DNA from: an uncultured virus (IMG/VR IMGVR_UViG_3300007747_000151)
Taxonomy: Duplodnaviria; Heunggongvirae; Uroviricota; Caudoviricetes
Length of the DNA: 20,000 nt
Virus record (IMG/VR): IMGVR_UViG_3300007747_000151
Strand: one strand, 5' to 3'
Shown here: positions 17,745 to 20,000 of the stretch, one piece after another
Position numbering within the stretch: position 1 is the first letter of the stretch
How the letters are laid out: each line of letters opens with the position of its first letter
The notes under the pieces: model-generated
Database searches by the model: none
What the model was told of the DNA's origin: nothing
What the model saw: only the letters and a program-made list of their open reading frames with translations
Made by a program: the position numbers and the translations under genes

Positions 17745-18935
17745 CTATTCAGATTCAGTAAGTGATGCTTGATAACATTTTACTGCCTCAGCAAAAGCTT
17801 GTGCGGCATCTGCATTCGATACCATATATTCTTCAGTTACCCCTGTATGAGAATGGAAGGTAAGATTCCCATAAACACAAATCGGGATTTGATAGTTGTC
17901 CTTAAATCGGCGATCTGGTGAGCCATTCTTATTCGTTTTTGCCCAAGTATGGCCATCTATACGTGTATCCTTGGGTACATCGTCTTCCTCTTGGAATCTC
18001 CGATGTTCTGCACTGATTTGTAATTCGCGTATATCAATCAGAGCGAATGCTCCATCAACACGTGGTATGACTGCAACTCCAGGATAAAGCAATATATCGT
18101 CGCCATTTACATTTTCAAAACGCATTGCACGACCTGTAAATTGAATGAGATCTGTTGAGCTGTAGTCAAAGGTAACAGGATGACGATCTACAGATCGAGT
18201 TGCTAACGTTCTTTCTGTAAACTGGTCTGTTGCTTTGTCAGCGGTGATATCCCATTTTTTTATGCTAGATTTTAACGTATCGAATGCGCGAACCATTGCT
18301 GCATATGCTCGCTGTGAGGCATCACTATTCTCGAATGCTATGACTATTTTTGTGTTGTCTTCCCATGACCTTAGGCGAGATATTTCTGCTTGGGTCAGGG
18401 GGAGTTCTGTCTCAAGTTCAGTAATGCGTCGTTTGTAAAACCAACGGAATAGACTTGACTTGCGTCGAACCAGTTCGCTCTTTTGTTTTGACTCCTCAGC
18501 AAGAGCCTCGTGTAAATCAGCTTTAACTTCTGCTCGTTGTTCTCGTGCTTTACCGATCAAATCTCGTAAAGGTAAAAGAGAGGAACTTGTCAGGACCTCT
18601 ACCGAAGCGCTTGAGATTTCATTCATGCCAGCCTTGGGCATATAAATTCTAGCGCTTGATGGGAGGGGGCTTGAGGAATCCTCAGGAATTACAAAATGAG
18701 GTTCTGTAGAAGAGGGATTTAATGGAATACTAACTGAGTTCCTGTCGTCATAGGACAAGGTAGGGGTTGTATACGACAAGCCACTACCTGGTAGTCCAAC
18801 TGTCGCTCTAATTCCATTTTGACCAACATTGACAGTTGCACCTGGTACACCGATGCTCGCACTTATCCCGCGCTTACCAATGTTGAGTCTAACGCCCGGA
18901 AACAGAGTAAAAGTTTGTCTGAAACGAAGAGACAT
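17745..18935 (-). CDS. DUF4236 domain-containing protein (396 aa), accessory/cargo gene
   Basis: N-terminal 'MSLRFRQTFTLFPGVRLNIGKRGISASIGVPGATVNVG...TVGLPGSGLSY' is the DUF4236 pattern. Then a Ser/Pro linker, a coiled coil and a C-terminal domain with 'TWAKTNKNGSPDRRFKDNYQIP..VYGNL'. ATG at 18935 follows AGGGATGA. Lower GC than smpB by eye. Confidence 0.85.
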   Translation of the reverse strand: MSLRFRQTFTLFPGVRLNIGKRGISASIGVPGATVNVGQNGIRATVGLPGSGLSYTTPTLSYDDRNSVSIPLNPSSTEPHFVIPEDSSSPLPSSARIYMPKAGMNEISSASVEVLTSSSLLPLRDLIGKAREQRAEVKADLHEALAEESKQKSELVRRKSSLFRWFYKRRITELETELPLTQAEISRLRSWEDNTKIVIAFENSDASQRAYAAMVRAFDTLKSSIKKWDITADKATDQFTERTLATRSVDRHPVTFDYSSTDLIQFTGRAMRFENVNGDDILLYPGVAVIPRVDGAFALIDIRELQISAEHRRFQEEDDVPKDTRIDGHTWAKTNKNGSPDRRFKDNYQIPICVYGNLTFHSHTGVTEEYMVSNADAAQAFAEAVKCYQASLTESE

Positions 18936-19067
18936 AAAGTCATCCCTGTTTAGCTTTGAACAACACATTTCGAAACATTGACATGATCATTGAGCTGATA
19001 CAAAAGGCTAATACTTAGCTCATTTTCATATCGTAATGATACAGCTGTTTGCTGCAGGTGGGTTAAT

Positions 19068-19099
19068 ACATGAAAGCCCGCATAAGCGGGCTTTCATGT
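19068..19099. terminator. Perfect 14-bp inverted repeat, likely terminator downstream of ssrA
   Basis: ACATGAAAGCCCGC-ataa-GCGGGCTTTCATGT. Confidence 0.75.
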
Positions 19100-19225
19100 C
19101 ACTAAAGAGCCGCGGCTCCTTTGCGTATCCTTTTTTGTCCCCTCACCGTCTGGTCGGTGTCCTGCTGAGACTGCTAACTTCCTGTTATTGCTAGTGATGT
19201 CCTATCACTGTCCAATCATGATTGG
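19100..19225. mobile_element. att-arm-like segment of an element integrated at the ssrA 3' end (P2/Fels-2-like by resemblance)
   Basis: TGTCC repeats at 19136, 19158, 19198 and 19209 (22- and 11-bp spacings within the two pairs). Palindromes GAGCCGCGGCTC (19107-19118) and CCAATCATGATTGG (19212-19225, overlapping the ssrA CCA). ssrA is an established integration hotspot. Confidence 0.6.
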
Positions 19226-19494
19226 TGGAGCTGGCGGGAGTTGAACCCGCGTCCGAAATTCCTACATCCTCGGTACTACATGCTTAGTTTGTCTTTACAT
19301 TCGCACGCCAGCTGCGGACAGACACGCCACTAACGAACTAGCCTGATTAGTTTTAGCACTTCAACCCCAGGCAGGGCATCCGCGCGATCTCTTTTGGGTT
19401 TGACCTCTCTTGATCCCCGTCCTAAGAGCGGAGGCTAGGGAGAGAGGGCTCTAAGCAGGTTATTAAGCTGCTAGTCGAATCCAGAATCAGCCCC
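19223..19494 (-). ncRNA. ssrA: tmRNA gene with an internal deletion of about 90 nt (272 nt; probably non-functional for tagging)
   Basis: Reverse complement reads GGGGCTGATTCTGGATTCGAC|TAGCAGCTTAATAACCTGCTTAGAGCCC...GGAATTTCGGACGCGGGTTCAACTCCCGCCAGCTCCACCA. Both ends and the pk2-pk4 region match enterobacterial ssrA, but the segment equivalent to E. coli nt 22-111 is missing at the 19474/19473 junction. Downstream of smpB as expected. Confidence 0.95.
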
Positions 19495-19507
19495 AATGTG
19501 TACTTGA

Positions 19508-19516
19508 AGTATAACA
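19508..19516 (-). promoter_or_regulatory. ssrA promoter, extended -10 (TGtTATACT)
   Basis: Reverse complement 'aatcTGtTATACTtcaagtacacattGGGGCTG', with the same placement as the TATACT box upstream of E. coli ssrA. Confidence 0.75.
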
Positions 19517-19637
19517 GATTTGTGAAGGTGGTTACCAGCCCCTGAAGCGAGGATTCTGGCGGCATATCGAGTGAAAAAGCAGCGACAACAGCAATATAGC
19601 GTTGGGCCAGAGGGAGCTGGCCCGCAGAGAGGGGGGA

Positions 19638-20000
19638 TTACCGGCCGGCGTTCTTCATGATGCGCGCCTTATCGACCGCCCATTCACGATCTTTCACGTC
19701 GGTGCGCTTATCGTGCTGTTTCTTACCTTTCGCCACGCCGATTTTCACCTTGCACCAGGCGTTCTTCCAGTACAACGACAGGGCGACGACGGTATAACCT
19801 TCGCGGTTGATGCGGCCGTATAGCGCATCGAGCTCGCGCTGATTGAGCAGCAGCTTGCGGGTACGGGTCGGATCGCAAACGTAATGCGTGGAGGCGACCG
19901 CCATTGGCGTAAAGTTGGCGCCGAAGAGATAGGCTTCGCCATCTTTCAGAATGACATAGCTATCGCCGATGTTGGCTTTGCCGGCTCGCAGAGATTTCAC
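19638..20000 (-). CDS. smpB: SsrA-binding protein SmpB (5' end outside the window)
   Basis: '[15 protein letters not shown]', '[15 protein letters not shown]', '[12 protein letters not shown]' and 'DKARIMK' motifs; adjacent to ssrA. The visible part is intact. Confidence 0.98.
   Translation of the reverse strand: MKSLRAGKANIGDSYVILKDGEAYLFGANFTPMAVASTHYVCDPTRTRKLLLNQRELDALYGRINREGYTVVALSLYWKNAWCKVKIGVAKGKKQHDKRTDVKDREWAVDKARIMKNAGR

Noticed and set aside
17673..17750. Complete tRNA-Pro gene
   Set aside because: Only nt 32-76 are present; no D-arm or 5' acceptor strand upstream.
17576..17761. 61-aa ORF across the att region
   Set aside because: It translates the arm repeats and the antisense tRNA fragment ('VGTRGFEPPTPDTP'), a typical spurious tRNA-antisense ORF.
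19223..19494. Permuted (two-piece) tmRNA as an explanation for the short ssrA
   Set aside because: The 5' and 3' ends are in standard one-piece order, and I did not find the missing pk1/tag segment elsewhere in the window.
19604..19623. Hairpin GGGCCAG-agggag-CTGGCCC just downstream of the smpB stop
   Set aside because: No U-tract on the smpB strand, so it was not called as a terminator; probably an ordinary intergenic stem-loop.

Overview
This is the right end of a lambdoid (siphovirus-like) prophage in an enterobacterial chromosome. The + strand carries the tail operon in lambda order: tape measure H (5' end outside the window), M, L, K, an AT-rich lipoprotein moron, I, an unusually large 3117-aa J with about seven predicted carbohydrate-binding-like modules, and a tail fibre with an S74 chaperone. 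A divergent SOS cassette follows (dinI-like plus a small coupled ORF, and a pre-cleaved umuD'/humD-like gene) around two tandem LexA boxes. The prophage ends at an att site made of the 3' half of tRNA-Pro(GGG). That fragment is joined not to a tRNA 5' half but to a DUF4236 gene and an att-arm-like segment attached to the 3' end of ssrA, next to smpB. The most striking anomaly is that ssrA (tmRNA) is only 272 nt: about 90 nt are missing, including the H2 5' strand, pseudoknot 1, the resume codon and most of the tag frame. All family assignments come from motif recognition and recalled reference sequences; no database search was run.
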